A stretch of 63,891 bases of DNA, filler included, from Chiloscyllium plagiosum (taxonomy: Eukaryota): NCBI RefSeq assembly GCF_004010195.1. It is 5 parts of one record of this genome, joined end to end, with 100 filler letters (N's around TTAATTAATTAA, not from the genome) between each part and the next. Parts side by side here need not be neighbours in the genome. Positions count along the whole stretch, not along the records: positions 32,103 to 56,646 come from NC_057717.1; 4 more parts are not named here. One strand, given 5' to 3'. How positions within the stretch are numbered: the stretch's first letter is position 1; each line of letters begins with the position of its first letter. The notes beneath the pieces were generated by a model. The model ran no database searches. It saw nothing but the letters and a program-made list of their open reading frames with translations, and had not been told where the DNA came from. A program made the position numbers and the translations under genes. Positions 37,346-48,803 of this stretch are shown piece after piece.

Positions 37346-40300
37346 AGAACATAAAGCATAGAACATTTCAGCGCAGCACAGGCTCTTCGTCCCTCGATGT
37401 TGCGCCGCCCTGTCATACTAATCTGAAGCCCATCCCCGTTACACTATTCCACGTACGTCTATATGCCTGTCCAATGACGACTTAAGTGCACTTAAACTTG
37501 GCGAATCTACTACCGTTGCAGGCAAAGCATTTCATAACCTTACTACTCTCTGAGTAAAGAACCTCCCTCTGACATCTGTCTTAAATCTCTCTTCCCTCAC
37601 TTTAAAGTTGTGTCCCCTCGTGTTTGACATTCCCATACTTGGAAGAAGGCTCTCCCTGTCCACCCTATCTAAACCTCTGATTATCCTGTATGTCTCTATT
37701 AAGTCACCTCTCAACCTTCTTCTTTCTAACGAGAACAGCCTCAAGGCCCGCAGTCTTTCCTCGTAAGACATTCCTTCCATACCAGGCAACATCCTCGTAA
37801 ATCTCCTCTGCACCCTTTCCAAAGCTTCCACATCCTCCTTATAATGCGGTGACCAGAACTTTACACAATACTCCAAGTGTAGGCTGGACCAGAGCTTTGT
37901 ACAGCTGCAGCATAACCTCCTGATTGCGGAACCCAATCCCTCTATTAATAAAGGCCAATACATTGTATGCCTTCTTAACAACCCTGTCAATCTGGGTGGC
38001 AACTTGCATGGATCTGTGTACATGGACAAAGAGATCTCTCTGCTCATCTGCACTCCCAAGAATCCTACCATTAGCCCAGTACTTTGCATTCCGAATACTC
38101 CGTACAAAGTATATCACCTCACACTTGTCCACATTAAACTCTATTTGCCACCTCTCAGCCCAGCTCTGCATCCTATCTATGTCTCTCTGCAACCCACGAC
38201 ATCCTTCGTCACTATCCACAACACCACCGACCTTAGCCACGTCCGCAAACTTACTAACCCACCCTTCTGAGCCCTCATCCAGGTCATTTATAAAATGACG
38301 AACAGCAGTGGACACAACACCGACCCTTGCGGTACGCCGCTAGTAATTGGACACCAAGATGAACATGTTCCATCAACTACAACCCTCTGTTTTCTTTCAG
38401 CAAGCCAATTACTGATCCAAACTACTATGTCTCCCACAATCCCATTCTTCTGCATTTTGTATAATACCCTACTGTGGGGAACCCTATCAAACGCCTTGCT
38501 GGAATCCATATACACCACATCAACCGGTTTATTCTTATCTACCTGCTTGGTCACTTCGTCAAAAAACTCAATAGGATTCGTCAAGCATGACCTACCCTTC
38601 ACAAAGCCGTTCTGACTCTCCCTGATCAGATTATTCTTTTCTAGATGGTAATAAATCCTATCTCTTATAACCTTTTCCAACACTTTACCAGCAACTGAAG
38701 TGAGACTCACTGGTCTGTAATTACCAGGGTTGTCTCTACTACCCTTTTTGGACAAGGGAACCACATTTGCTATCCTCCAGTCCTCAGGCACTGTTCCTGT
38801 AGACAATGATAATTTGAAGATCAATGCCAAAGGCTCGGAAATCTCTTGCCTTGCTTCCCAGAGGATCCTAGGATAGATACCATCCAGCCCAGGGACTTGT
38901 TTATTTTCACACTCTGCATTATTTCTAATACCTCTTCCTTGTGAACCTCAATCTCTTCACGACTAGATGCAAATATGTCTGTATCTTCCTCGCCAACATG
39001 TTCATGTTTTATAGTGAACACTGTCGAAAAATATTTATTTAGTGCCTCCCCTATCTCCTCTGACTCCACACACAACTTCCCACTATTATCATTGATTGGC
39101 CCAAATTTAACTCTCGTCATTCTTTTATTCCTGACATACCTATGGAAAGCCTTAGGGTTAACCGTGATCCTATCCGCCAACTACTTCTCATGTCTCCTCC
39201 TGGCTATGCTGAGCTCTCTTTTTTAGGAATTTCCTGGCTTCCTTGTAACCCTCAAGCGTCCTAACTGAGTTTTCACATTTTGTCCAAGCATAAGCCTTCT
39301 TCTTCGTCTTGACCAGGGATTCCACTTCCTTAGTAAACCACGGCTCACGCATTCTATATCTTCCTCCCTGCCTGACTTATCTGGGACACACAGGAGCTTT
39401 TCCTTGAATAAGCTCCACATCTTTAATATGCTCATCCCCTGCAGTTTCCCTCCCCATTCTATGCTTCCGATATCTTTCCTAATTGCATCGTAATTTCCCT
39501 TAACCAAGCTGTAACTCTTGCTCGGTGGAGTACACCTATCCCTTTTCATCACTAAAGTAAACCTGACAGAATTGTGATCGCTGTCTCCAAAGTGCTCACC
39601 TACTTCCAAATCTAACACCTGGCCAGGCTCGTTGCCCAGTACTAAATCTAAAGTGGCTTCGACCCTTGTAGGCCTGTCTAGATACTATGTCAAGAAGCCC
39701 TCCGGCACACACTAGACATAAACTGATCCATCTATTATATTCGCACTGTAGTGATCCCAGTCAATATTTGGATAGTTGATATCCTCCATGGCAACTACCG
39801 TGCCTCTCTCACTCCTATCGAGAATCATCTTTTATATCCTTTCCTCTACATCTCTGGGACTACTTGGAGGCCTATAGAAAACTCCCAGCATAGTGACATC
39901 TCCTTTCTTGTTTCTAACCTCAGCCCATACTACCTCAGATATCAAGTCCCCAAACATCATTTCTACAACTGTAATATTGTCCCTGATCAACAATGCCACA
40001 CCTCCTCCTCTTTTACCATCTTTACTGTTCTTACTGAAACATTTGAATCCCGGAACCTGCAACAACCATTCCTGTCCCTGCTCTATCTATGTCTCCGTAA
40101 TGGCCACCACATTGAAGTCCCACGTACCAACCAACGCTGCTAGTTCACCCACTTTAGTTCTGATGCTCCTCGCGTTGAAGTACAAACACTTCAAACCAGT
40201 ATCTCGCTTGCCTGTGTCAGATACTTGATTTTGGAGCTCCCTATTCTCATCCTCTTCTGTACCTGTCCCACAATTTGGTTCCCCCCCCCCCTACTCTATT

Positions 40301-41000
40301 AGTTTAAATACAACTTCATAGCTTTAGCGAATTTCCCACCCAGGATATTGGTGCACCTCGGGTTTAGATGAAGACCATCCTGCTAATAGAGGTCCCACCT
40401 ACCCAAGAAAGAGCTCCAATTATTCAAAAACCCGAAACCCTCTCTCCTGTAGACCATCCCTGTAGCCACGTGTTCAACACCTTTCTCTCCCTATTCCACA
40501 CCTTACGAGCACATGACTCGGTTAGCAAACCAGTGAAAACAACTCTGTTTGTCCTAGCTCTAAGCTTCCATCCTTGTTCCCTGACTTTCTGCCTCACGTC
40601 CCCACCTCTCTTCCAACCTATTTCGTTGGTGCCAATGTGGACTACGACTTGGGGCTGCTCTCCCTCGCCCCGAAGGATCCCAAAGACACGATCAGAGACA
40701 TCACGGACCCTGCCACCCGGCAGGCAACACACCAACATGAGTCTCTCTCGTCCCCACAGAACCTCCTATCTGTCCCCCTATCTATCCAGTCACCAATAAC
40801 GACTGCTCTGCTCCTCTTCCCCCTTCCCTACTTAGCAGCAGGTGTCGCAGTGCATTCCCCTGGTAAGTCATCCTCCCCAACAGCATCCAAAACGGTTTAC
40901 TTATTGTTCAGGGGTATGGTCACAGGGGATTCCTGCACTGCCTGCCGGTTCCCTTTCTGTCCCCTAACTGTCACCCATCTGTCCTTTTCTTTTATCTTGG
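37346..41000 (-). mobile_element. CR1 LINE (~3.65 kb, part of ORF1 esterase + ORF2 EN/RT) inserted in the ERV leader
   Basis: ORF1 SGNH-like CLPGGRVRDV...VVVHIGTNEIG; ORF2 GVFYRPP, NYRPVSLTS, GVPQGS and FADV; (atgttct)n tail at 37346-37365. The ERV leader resumes on both sides relative to copy 3. Confidence 0.92.
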
Positions 41001-41489
41001 GAGTGAGTACCTATCTTTTGCCTTTGACTTACCTTCTTACCACTGGAGGGCCCCTCTCGCATTGGACAAGTCCGCCTCAATGCTTTGGTTTTTGCAACAA
41101 AGAAACCACGTTTCCAGTACGCCTTTGGTGAGTCCAACTCAGCCAGTTGTGACTCCAAATCTATAACCACACTTAAAAGTGCTGTCTCATAAACACTCGA
41201 GAGACGGCTATCCCCATCCCTTGGGCTTTGCTCTCATACCTCGCGAGAGTTCACTGAACCCTGTTCCTGTTCTATTAATTTCTTAGAATGAGTCTCCATG
41301 TACGATTAGTTAAGCCACGACTCTTACCCCGACTCTATTCAATTCGAACGCCGGCGCTTGGGCGATCGACACATTCTCTGTCCTCTCAAGCAAAAGGGCG
41401 AATTCAGCGCTCGATATGAAGATAAAAACCTTCAAGGCGCTGGCGCCTACCCCTCGTGTGAATCTTCAGAATCCCACCCAGTCGCCTGG

Positions 41490-41927
41490 TAGCGGGATGA
41501 GCCCCCAAGTGTACAGTCGTGGAAATTAAATTGACTTGACTCAACCATTAGCAAGGGCAAAGAAAGTAACTTGATTTAAATTCAGCAGAATTGAACCCAG
41601 TACATTCATCTCGACGCCTCAATGTGAGGGTTATCTGAGCATTGTTCAGATACTTGCCTTATACTGATACTTATCACACACTCAAGGGCAAAGACTGGGA
41701 CAACTCAAGTTGCTATTCTCTCAATCCTTGATCTTGAACATAACAGTTCTTATGCTTTCACTGAGTTCGACTGTCGCAAGGTCGAGTTGAATGTTTCCAA
41801 AACTGAAACAGAGACAAGCTGGCTGCAAACCTCATCAAAGTATTGTTTAGAAAAATCAGCACAGCATTAAATGTTAGAAAAACATTTTCTTTCAAATTTC
41901 ACAGTAAATGGATAATTTTCTATTACA
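41490..41927 (-). repeat. 5' LTR (41515-41927) and degenerate tRNA-Pro PBS (41490-41507) of ERV copy 2
   Basis: Minus strand starts tgtaatagaaaat and ends tttccacgac, followed by tgggggctcatcccg. Confidence 0.75.
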
Positions 41928-42149
41928 GTAACTAAGATGATTCATGAGGGCACAGCGGTAGATGTCATCTGAATGGACTTCAGTCAGGCGTTCGATAAGG
42001 GTTTCCAAGGGAGACTGATTAGCAATGCACATAGACCAACGAGGTGGGTAGCCGCAACATTGAAAAAAGATCTAGATATCCTTTATCACCAGTCAGTGAA
42101 AGCAATATTGCAGGGAAAGAAAGCAACGAGGATGAAAAATGATGTGTTG

Positions 42150-43300
42150 ACCCTCCACCATCACCTTCGTTTCTTACCTTCGAGCTAATGACTCCAGTTC
42201 ACCACGGATTCCATATGATCTACAATTGCTGTGGGAAATTGTCGAATACCTTACTGATCTCCATGTTGCCAACATCCGTTGCTGTGCCTTCATCAATCTT
42301 CTTCATTATTTCCTTAAAAACTTCAATTAACTTAGTTACACACGATTTCCCACGCACACAACCCTGAAGACTACCCCTAAGCAGTCCTTTCTTTTCCAAA
42401 TACATGTAGTTCCAGTCCATCAGAATATACTCCAAGAGCTTGCCCACACTGACGTCAGGTTCACCGGTGTGTTATTTCCTGGCATTTCCTTATCACCTTT
42501 CCGAAATTATGGTACGACATTAGCCAACCTTCAATCTTCTGGCACCGCATCTGTGGCTATCCATGATGCAGATATCTCATTAAGATGCCCAAACAATCTA
42601 TTCCTTCGCATTCCAAGGGGTTTAGGGTTACAACTGATCAGGTTCCCGGGCTGTATCCGCCTTTGTGCATTTAATACTGTAACTCTTCCTCTTCTCGAGT
42701 ATAGACACTTCCCAAGATATCACTATTTATTTCCACAATTTATCTGGATTCCATAAGCTTCTCCACAGCAAATATTGATATGAAGTATTCATATAGTATC
42801 TCACCGAGCATCTGTGGTTCCACAGATCGGTGGATTTGTTGTTTTCTCCCCAATTACTCTCTTGCCCTTACTGCATTTGTAGAATCCCTTTGGATTGTCC
42901 TTGACCCTATTGACAGAAGTTTTCTCTGGTTCCCATTTGTCCCCTCTGATTCCCATCTTGCATATGAGTTTGCTGTCATTGTACTCCTCAATGGATTCAA
43001 GTGATCACTGCTCTCCAAATCTATCATTTGCTTCGTTTTGTTTCATGACCAGAGTCTCTGCATCTAGCCATCCAAAATACCTCGCAACTGCCAACATTGC
43101 CCTCCTCTTGGACGTAATGTACTGCTGCTAGACTTTGTAATCTTGTTTCTGAAGGTATCCCATTATTATGCGTATAATCTCTCCAAAGTAGTTTTTTCGA
43201 AGTGCTTCGCTAAAACGTGCATTATTGGCCTTAACAAATTTAGAACTTTAATATTTCTGTCAGGACAATTCTTCTGCATACCTCTTTTAGAGCCAACAGT
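42150..43300 (-). mobile_element. Decayed CR1 ORF2 fragment
   Basis: GKLLEYIL...GKSCVTKLIEVF...SKVFD. Confidence 0.75.
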
Positions 43301-43927
43301 TACTACATAACAAGCTCAAGACTTCCTGCAACAGGCACGAAAGGCTGAATGGTCTCCCCCGTCGCTTTCTTTCAGAAAGATGGTGACAGACTGTTACCTC
43401 CTGTTCCGGAGAAGCCCACCCAATGATCTAAATGATGTAAATGTTACGACACGAATTGAAAACAAGGCACTTCATAATAGGTACAGCATTACATGATGTC
43501 AAGAGGCCATAAATATTGTTACCGTGATTTATGATCTCTGTTAATTTTCAAATCAGTCACCTTCTTCAGTTGGTCTCGTATAAACAGGGTGGAGAATGCA
43601 CCACTCTGCAGTGGCATGGCACTATTCCCCCATACAAGCACGAAGGATTAAAAACATTGAAAGATTTGTGGTCCATCTCATCCATTCCATCCATACCCCC
43701 TCAGTAAATGTTCCCTTTTATTACGGCATGAAAAGTGGTGAAAGGAAGGGGTTAACTGGAACTGTGGCTTGTACAGTGGCTGTGATTAATGAGAGCCTCC
43801 ATGGATTCAAATTATCCCCGTGGAGGGTTTACATCTTTTAATGAAAACTGCTCTCCATTCACAGTGTTATACCAAAAAATGAGTAAGAGCTACTAAAGCG
43901 GGAGCAGGAATCAGCAGCTCCAGAGGG

Positions 43928-44158
43928 ATGGGAAGGACAGATAAGAATCTTACAGCATTACACTGGAATGTTCCAACAATGGATCGGAATCTGAGTACAT
44001 TATACAGGAATGTTCCAACAGTGGACAGGGATTTATTGTGGGATATTTGGGCTCTCTCTACATATTATGATTATTTGCCATTGTCAGTGCGGATTGCATA
44101 TGTACTTTACATTATTCAAAATATTTTTATCCAATCCTGCTTATCGTTGGTGTCCCTG
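43928..44158 (+). pseudogene. GPR139-like GPCR exon 1 (N-terminus + start of TM1), 1-nt frameshift in a T-run
   Basis: MGRTDKNLTALHWNVPTMDRNLSTL...RIAYVLYIIQNIF, then YPILLIVGVP in another frame, ending at a phase-1 donor G|gtaagt (44158/44159). This matches the phase-1 acceptor type of the exon at 1039. Confidence 0.75.
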
Positions 44159-44719
44159 GTAAGTCTTACTTTTCTTTGATTAATTACATACACCGTTTGT
44201 GAACACAATACTGTTATTTTTATTTACTCGACTCTCCTTGCTGCTGCTACTGTACTAGTTGTGAGTCTGAATCCAGATATCCACTCCACAAACCACTACT
44301 ATCTACATCAGTCAAATTGTTGATGCTCTCTCTCTCTCTCTTTCTTCTGGCAGAGTCCCTTGTGTTTATCAATGTTGACCTATTCAGTTTCAGCTGTGAA
44401 CCATGATTCATTGTATCACTGCCCTTGTTATTTGAATATTGTGAGTGTGGAGCTAAATCTCTCCTGTTCTGATTAAAAACATCATTTTCTTCCTCTCAAT
44501 CCAATTTCTAGCCTGAAAGAGAAAATGTGCAGCTGTGGTGATCGCTTTGATTATGAACGGATTCCTGCTACCATAACTGACCATTATAATTGACATTCAT
44601 TGCAACTCCAGGATACATTTCATTGGCTCAGCCTATCTGGGACATTGACCTATGAAATACAGTCTTACTGATGTCAATAATCTGCTACTGACAATTCCAG
44701 CATCAAACCTGCAGAAACA

Positions 44720-45022
44720 AGATTAGATTAGATTAGATTACTTACAGTGTGGCAACAGGCCCTTCGGCCCAACAAGTCCACACCGACCCGCCGAAGCGCA
44801 ACCCACCCATACCCCTACATTTACCCCTTTAACCTAACACTACGGGCAATTTAGCATGGCCAATTCACCTGACCCGCACATTTTTGGATTGTGGGAGGAA
44901 ACCCACGCAGACACAGGCAGAACGTGCAAACTCCACACAGTCAGTCGCCTGAGTCGGGAATTGAACCCGGGTCTCTGGCGCTGTGAGGCAGCAGTGCTAA
45001 CCACTGTGCCACCGTGCCGCCC
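44720..45022 (-). mobile_element. HE1 V-SINE (young)
   Basis: Minus strand gggcggcacggtggcacagtggttagcactgctgcctcacagcgccagagacccgggttcaattccc... with a (tctaa)n tail. Confidence 0.92.
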
Positions 45023-46049
45023 ACAAACCTGGGTTGATACTCCATGGCTCATATCTGAAATCGCACCCAAAATTTGATGCATCCATTATTCTTATGCGCA
45101 GTGATTTATATAGCTATTGGGATTTGTAATGCCATTATTTTAATATTCACAAACATGACATCATATCTGACTGTCAATATCTCCCTTGTCCGTTACCCAA
45201 ACCCCTGCCAGTTACTCATATTAAAATGGATTTCCTCCATGGGTGTACTTTGTCCAACAATGACTTTCACATCTACCACCGCCTCAGATACAGATGCATG
45301 CACACTTAAAGAACCTTTCCTTGAGCTGGTACATACAGATACGACATAAATTTGCGGGAACCCCAATTACTGTCATTTGCAGTGTGGGCTGCAAATCTTC
45401 ACTTGTTCAGCAGATATCTAGTTCATGTATCACAGCAATATACTGACAAAGCTTTGAAATACTTCCAATGTTGGACACAAAGCTTGGTTTACTGACCAAT
45501 GCACCAGCACCGTCTGCACAACTGTCTGTGCTTGTCTGTTACCTTGTCTCAGTTTCTACTGCCGAGGCTGGCTCTGTGTGGCAGTTTCAGAATGTGATGT
45601 GACGTGCCATATCAGTTGACCTGGCAATGCCTTTTTTCAATCTTCTAATTCTTTTAATTTAAACCGTCCAAAGCATAACACCTCTGCCTTTTCTTTCCGC
45701 TATATTTCCACAACATGTTCTCAGTTAATTAAATGTTTGTTACTATCTTTTTGTGAGTCTCCGTGTCCCTCTATATTTTTCCTTGGTCATGGTATCTGAG
45801 TCACATCTTTGAAACTTGTTCTGTGCCAGTTCTCTGAACGCCTTTGTTGGTCCCTCCCAGCTGATCGTGCAGTCAGTAACGGGGATTACCCCAAGTATTA
45901 TTGTACAGGACAAGGCATCTAACTTGAAGCTGAGGGGCTTCTGACTGACTTTTGTTATTGAAACGTTAATGGAGGTGCTGGGGATGGTTTGCTCGAGGTT
46001 GTGCTATAATTTGCCTCAGGCAATCACGGGGAACTGAGGATTTTGTAAC

Positions 46050-46812
46050 TCAAGTCTGGACGGCGCATGTGGACTGTACTTACACAATCTAGGTCTGCAA
46101 CATGAACAGGTGAAGCTGAGGCGCTGAGAGGCGAGGTTCTCAAACAATGGAGTGAGACCGTGTGGGGAGAGGGCTCTGCTGTATCTGTCTGTGTCTTAAA
46201 TAGACGCACTCTCACTCTCCCTCTTACACACACTCACACTTACACTCTCTCAGACACTCACACAAGCCCATATATTCAAATATTTGATGTGAATATATAT
46301 TTGCAGATAGATTATATTTTGTTTAAAACCATAAAATATACAGACATCAGTTAATGTGACATTTTATGAAGTCCTACTTTGGAAATAAAACGGGTTTGAC
46401 ACCAGTTGAAGACACAGACAGACTCAAAACCAATCCTCACGCCTAAAATACATTGCCTGACCAGAAGGGTCCCCTCCTTTACATCGATAATGCCTTAAGT
46501 TATCCCCAGGCAGTGATTTGACATAAATTCTGAAATTTGCATTCTGATGTATCAAGACCTACACCTCCATTCTCACTGACTAAAGACGTTAGAGCCATCT
46601 TACATGTATTGAATCTATGTGCATAATTTGCATGACCCTTTGATCTTTTCCTCATAAATTATCTGTCTCTCGTTTTCATTTTCGCTAACACCTGACGAAG
46701 GTGCAGCGCTCGAAAAGGGAGTGTTTTTTTGTAAATCCCTTTGGACTATAACATAGTGTCGTGTGATTTTTTTTACCTTGTCCAAGCCAATCCAACACTG
46801 GTACCTCCATAG
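46050..46812 (+). mobile_element. Penelope-like 3' UTR/terminal repeat remnant
   Basis: CA-rich stretch and acctgacgaaggtgcagcgctcgaaa hammerhead-like motif; homologous to 56112-56646 (-) and to the 3' region of 9555-11575. Confidence 0.6.
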
Positions 46813-48145
46813 CATGCCGTTCATTGGTTAGTCAATCATCTCTCCAACCATTTTTTAAAAGCCGGCAGGTGCTTGTATTGCATGGCCATCATTTGTGGGG
46901 CACCTTATGCCAATGCCATCTGGATGTCAAATTACAATACATCTATAAGATGCCTTTTCTCCACTTTGTTTGACACATTTATACATACACTCCGGCAAAC
47001 AATACATACTCGACTTCTCCTTCTTAAAATCACGTTGACTGTAATGGATTTTACTTGGACTTTGAAAATCCCCTATTATTAATCTTTTAATAAAAGGTTT
47101 CAACAACAGCTTCAATTCCAATAGTTTGCGCTCTACTTTATATCCCCTTGTGGAGCTGGTTATTCTAAGTGCTGACATTTCTATACCTCTCCGTTCCCAA
47201 TTCATTTCTTGTGTAACAGACACAAAACGCTCAAAGATCTGCTCCGATTGCTGGGTACAGGCATGACTGGCTGAATGGATTCATTTTTGTCCTGGTTTAC
47301 TTCATTTGCTGAATGTACTCCGGGAGTTTCGACATTATAGTCTCGATGCTCTGAATATACTATTCCTTTTCCTGACCAATCCGCTCAAGATCTGAATGTT
47401 CTCCTCGTGTTGTTGTGGAGACGTTTGGGGATTTACAGAATCTTCCTGCTGTGGTGCAATATTTCAAGAGGCTCAAGTGACTTCTCAAATACGCCCAGAA
47501 CAGGCTCGAGATCCTGAACAGTCTCTTCCTACATCGCTGAAATGAGTTTCAGAAAGTGACTGTTTTGCTCCTGTCCCAATTCAACAGAACTGCGATTGAA
47601 TTATCTTCTTATGTTTACGTTAAAANNNNNNNNNNNNNNNNNNNNNNNNNNNNNNNNNNNNNNNNNNNNNNNNNNNNNNNNNNNNNNNNNNNNNNNNNNN
47701 NNNNNNNNNNNNNNNNNNNNNNNNNNNNNNNNNNNNNNNNNNNNNNNNNNNNNNNNNNNNNNNNNNNNNNNNNNNNNNNNNNNNNNNNNNNNNNNNNNNN
47801 NNNNNNNNNNNNNNNNNNNNNNNNNNNNNNNNNNNNNNNNNNNNNNNNNNNNNNNNNNNNNNNNNNNNNNNNNNNNNNNNNNNNNNNNNNNNNNNNNNNN
47901 NNNNNNNNNNNNNNNNNNNNNNNNNNNNNNNNNNNNNNNNNNNNNNNNNNNNNNNNNNNNNNNNNNNNNNNNNNNNNNNNNNNNNNNNNNNNNNNNNNNN
48001 NNNNNNNNNNNNNNNNNNNNNNNNNNNNNNNNNNNNNNNNNNNNNNNNNNNNNNNNNNNNNNNNNNNNNNNNNNNNNNNNNNNNNNNNNNNNNNNNNNNN
48101 NNNNNNNNNNNNNNNNNNNNNNNNNGGTGTCCCACTGTCACGACT

Positions 48146-48803
48146 AAGCTGAGAGTGTAGGTTTGCTCGCTGAGCTGTAGGCTTGATATCCAGACGTTTC
48201 ATTACCTGGCTAGGTAACATCATCAGTGGCGAACTCCAAGTGAAGAGAAGCTGTTGTCTCCTGCTTTCTAGTTATATGTTTGGCCTGGATGGGGTTCCTG
48301 GGGCTTGTGGTGATGTCATTTCATGTTTGTTTTCTGAGGGGTTAATAGATGCCATCTATAGAGGCCTCAAGAACTTCTCTGGCATGTCTTTGCTTAGCCT
48401 GTCCCAGGATAGTTGTGTTGTCCCAGTCGAAATGGTGGCTTTGTTTCATCCGTGTGAAGGGCAACGAGGGAGAGAGGGTCATGTCTTTTTGTGGCTCGCT
48501 GGCGCTGTGTATCCTGGTGGCTAACTTTCTTCCTGTTTGTCCTACGTAGTGTTTGTGGCAGCCCTTGCATGGAACACATCAGAAAACGAACAGGAAATGA
48601 CATCACCACAAACCCCAGGAACCTCATCCAGGACAAACATATAACTAGAAAGCAGGAGACAACAGTTTCGCTTCACTTGGAGGTCGCCACTGATGATGTT
48701 ACCTTGCCAGGTAACGAAATATCTGGATATCAAACGTGCAGCTCAGCGAGCAAACCTACACCCTAAATCTCAACCTGAGCTACAAACCTTCACAAAACTT
48801 GGA
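48146..48803. mobile_element. Penelope-like insertion with inverted terminal copies, inside ERV integrase
   Basis: The reverse copy 48150-48350 and forward copy 48575-48800 each carry a hammerhead. ERV IN reads ..PERLSS| insertion |SRDSGT, with an agtagt/agtcgt duplication. Confidence 0.85.

Larger units (their letters stand above)
32465..41927 (-). mobile_element. Endogenous retrovirus copy 2: 5' LTR, PBS, leader (split by CR1), gag, pro, 2H-like domain, RT, RNase H, start of IN; decayed
   Basis: gag ATG at ~37290 (MCSGKSK), MHR-like CQQREGETVSQ at ~36255-36290 and a CCHC-knuckle remnant at ~35790-35830. Protease VTFLVDTGATYS, RT LLQYVDDCLIA, RNase H TQAVELIALTEA. Confidence 0.92.

Noticed and set aside
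44940..45022. tRNA-like A/B boxes in HE1 copies
   Set aside because: SINE heads, not tRNA genes.
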